A stretch of DNA of 60,653 nucleotides from Rugosibacter sp. (lineage in GTDB: Bacteria; Pseudomonadota; Gammaproteobacteria; Burkholderiales; Rhodocyclaceae). Made by a program: the position numbers and the translations under genes. Location of the stretch: the NCBI GenBank assembly GCA_036569545.1, contig DATCQI010000003.1, positions 1-60,653 on the forward strand. Reading direction: 5' to 3'. A model generated the notes under the pieces. That model saw nothing but the letters and a program-made list of their open reading frames with translations. It was not told where the DNA came from and made no database searches. Shown piece by piece: positions 59,662-60,653 of this stretch (position 1 is the first letter of the stretch; every line of letters begins with the position of its first letter).

Positions 59662-60653
59662 ATGCAAACTGCCACCATACAATTTGATCACTTCAACGCA
59701 CTGGCCGATAAAGAAGCGGGCGAGCGTATCCGCTCTGCCAAGGCCACGCTCGGCAAAAAAGCCGTGCTGCTGTGCCACCATTATCAGCGCGCCGATGTGT
59801 ATGAACACGCTGACCTTACAGGCGACTCGCTCAAGCTCTCGCGCCTGGCGGGAGACGCCGAAGCAGAAAATATTATTTTTTGCGGCGTGCACTTCATGGC
59901 TGAAGTCGCCGATATTCTCTCGCGGCCGGAACAGATTTCGATTCTGCCTGACCTTGCCGCAGGCTGCTCCATGGCTGACATGGCAAGCCTGGCCAAGGTA
60001 GAACGCTGCTGGCGCGAGCTGTCAGCCTTGATGAATCCTGACGAAAAAATAACGCCGGTTACCTACATCAATTCTGCCGCCGATCTCAAGGCTTTTTGCG
60101 GCACGCATGGCGGCATTGTGTGCACCTCGTCCAATGCGCCCAGGATTCTTGAATGGTCGTTCAACCAGCGCGAAAAAGTGCTGTTCTTTCCCGATCAGCA
60201 TCTGGGCCGCTGGAGCGGCTACAAGATGAACATTCCACTGGATGAAATGGTGATCTGGAATCCTGACCTTGAACAAGGCGGCCTCACGCGTGAGCAAATC
60301 AGCAAGGCGAAAATCATCCTCTGGCACGGCTTCTGTTCCGTACATCAAATGTTCCAGCCGCGCGACATCATCAAGTTTCGCAACCAGTACCCAGATGGCA
60401 TTGTCATCTCGCATCCCGAATGCGGCTTTGAAGTATGCAAGCAGTCCGACCATATTGGCAGCACGGAATACATTCTCAAGACCGTCAAGGCCGGGCCGCC
60501 CAATACGCGCTGGCTGGTTGGCACCGAGCTGAATCTGGTCGAGCGCCTGGCGCGCGAAGTCAAAAGTGAGGGCAAGATCGTGCAGTTCATGGCCAGCACC
60601 GTGTGCATGTGTTCCACCATGCAGCGCATTGACCCGCAGCATCTGGCCTGGAC
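59662..60653 (+). CDS. nadA: Quinolinate synthase A (runs off window end)
   Basis: Hand translation from ATG 59662: HHYQR, GDSLKLS, FCGVHFMAE, PDLAAGCSMADMA, TYINS, FPDQHLG, HPEC, GST. Absent from the ORF track because it has no stop in the window. Confidence 0.94.
   Translation, partial: MQTATIQFDHFNALADKEAGERIRSAKATLGKKAVLLCHHYQRADVYEHADLTGDSLKLSRLAGDAEAENIIFCGVHFMAEVADILSRPEQISILPDLAAGCSMADMASLAKVERCWRELSALMNPDEKITPVTYINSAADLKAFCGTHGGIVCTSSNAPRILEWSFNQREKVLFFPDQHLGRWSGYKMNIPLDEMVIWNPDLEQGGLTREQISKAKIILWHGFCSVHQMFQPRDIIKFRNQYPDGIVISHPECGFEVCKQSDHIGSTEYILKTVKAGPPNTRWLVGTELNLVERLAREVKSEGKIVQFMASTVCMCSTMQRIDPQHLAW

Noticed and set aside
60022-60642. Minus-strand 206-aa ORF at the window end
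   Set aside because: It is antisense to nadA, which is open on the plus strand from 59662.

Overview
Core-chromosome segment of a betaproteobacterium, probably Rhodocyclales/Sterolibacteriaceae-like (inferred from gene content and order). In order it carries: gpmA(partial)-rhodanese-grxC-secB-SH3-gpsA; trmL; a permuted MSHA-type type IVa pilus locus (mshE-G-F-A then mshI-I2-J-K-L-M-N, without minor pilin genes); ychF-pth-rplY-prs-tRNA-Gln-ispE-lolB-TPR; mutM; fdx-coaD-rsmD and an M16 peptidase pair; ftsY-[cupin, GST, PHB depolymerase]-ftsE-ftsX-rpoH; an AT-richer caa3-type cytochrome c oxidase cluster lacking ctaA; mpl; tlpA-aroQ-accBC-prmA; apaH; birA; ntrC-ntrB-glnA; a CDF transporter; a rhodanese; and nadA(partial). 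The most striking unexplained signal is a dispersed, non-palindromic 23-bp motif, AAAAGTCGGCGCTGGTGATACGG. I found 12 copies at 19/23 identity or better plus 1 weaker copy, on both strands, both between genes and inside core genes in several reading frames. This resembles the distribution of a DNA uptake sequence, but its function is inference. Two copies are associated with a second short hairpin-like element. Other points: a CIRCE overlapping a sigmaE promoter at rpoH, an FtsE with an H-loop His->Tyr change, an E. coli-like NtrC enhancer at glnA, several sigma54 promoters, a tRNA-Gln without encoded CCA, and a 37-aa cox ORF missing from the ORF track. All searches were done by eye.
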